NCBI GenBank assembly: GCA_030704615.1
Contig: CM060732.1
Location: 32,922,001 to 32,986,000 of the forward strand
Length of the DNA stretch: 64,000 bases
Source: Takakia lepidozioides
Lineage: Eukaryota > Plantae > Bryophyta
Reading direction: 5' to 3'
Position 1 is the stretch's first letter. Every line of letters starts with the position of its first letter. Below the pieces are notes generated by a model, which was given only the letters and a program-made list of their open reading frames with translations, had not been told where the DNA came from and did not search any database. A program made the translations under genes and the position numbers. Positions 63,606 to 64,000 of this stretch are shown piece after piece.

Positions 63606-64000
63606 CCCCCGAATGGAAATTCGGCACCCAATATCCAACAGAGGAAGCCCGGATGAAGTCGCCTCGGGCGCAGAGGCCGGAGTGTGTGCGACAGAGAACA
63701 TCCCCTGGATGGAGATTCGGCGCCGAATTTCCATCCGGGCCCCCCAAAGGGAGTCGTGTCGGGGGGTCAGGCCGAAAACTAGACTGCATAAAAACATCCC
63801 CAGATGGAAAAACGGCGCCGAATTTCCATCCGGGGCGGTTCGGATGCAGTCGGGGAGGGGGGAGTGGCCTGCACTTGGCCGTCACATTTCAACCCCCGGA
63901 CGGAAATTCGGCACTGAATATCGAACAGGGGACGCCCGGATGAAGTCGCCTCGGGCGCAGAGGCCGGCGAGTGTGCGACAGAGAACATCCCCTGGATGGA
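63606..64000. repeat. Start of a 287-bp tandem repeat (3 x ~96-bp subunits) with palindrome GGATGGAAATTCGGCGCCGAATTTCCATCC
   Basis: 63616-63713 is repeated at 63903-64000. Near-perfect palindromes at 63707-63736 and 63803-63830; half-sites at 63613 and 63900. Runs off the window end. Confidence 0.85.

Overview
Eukaryotic plant genomic DNA, most likely a seed-free land plant such as a bryophyte (inferred from the protein sequences and intron-rich genes). Two intact-looking multi-exon host genes lie on the minus strand: ORC3 (17 exons, 23609-32757) and CUL4 (17 exons, 34761-44642). They are flanked by transposon-rich DNA. The left flank holds a 256-bp palindrome-bearing tandem array, a decayed Ty1/copia element interrupted by a composite 3.4-kb insertion, a decayed CACTA (En/Spm) element with divergent TnpD-like and TnpA-like genes, and a LINE fragment. 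The right flank holds the most interesting structure. An apparently intact ~1144-aa Mutator-type transposase (GCM/WRKY-like Zn finger, DDE core, extra Cys domain, SWIM) sits head-to-head with a spliced, now pseudogenised gene. That gene encodes a ParB/Sulfiredoxin-type domain fused to an amino-(N6A/N4C) DNA-methyltransferase-like domain. A ~116-bp tandem array of near-perfect 28-40-bp palindromes lies between the two, probably in the first intron of the ParB-MTase gene. The same palindrome is conserved in the diverged array at the window start. A second, paralogous transposase (59966-63309, minus) has its own upstream array built on a different palindrome. Together these suggest a transposon-borne ParB/parS-like plus DNA-methyltransferase module, possibly for self-recognition or anti-silencing. 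All domain calls were made by eye from motifs; no searches were run.
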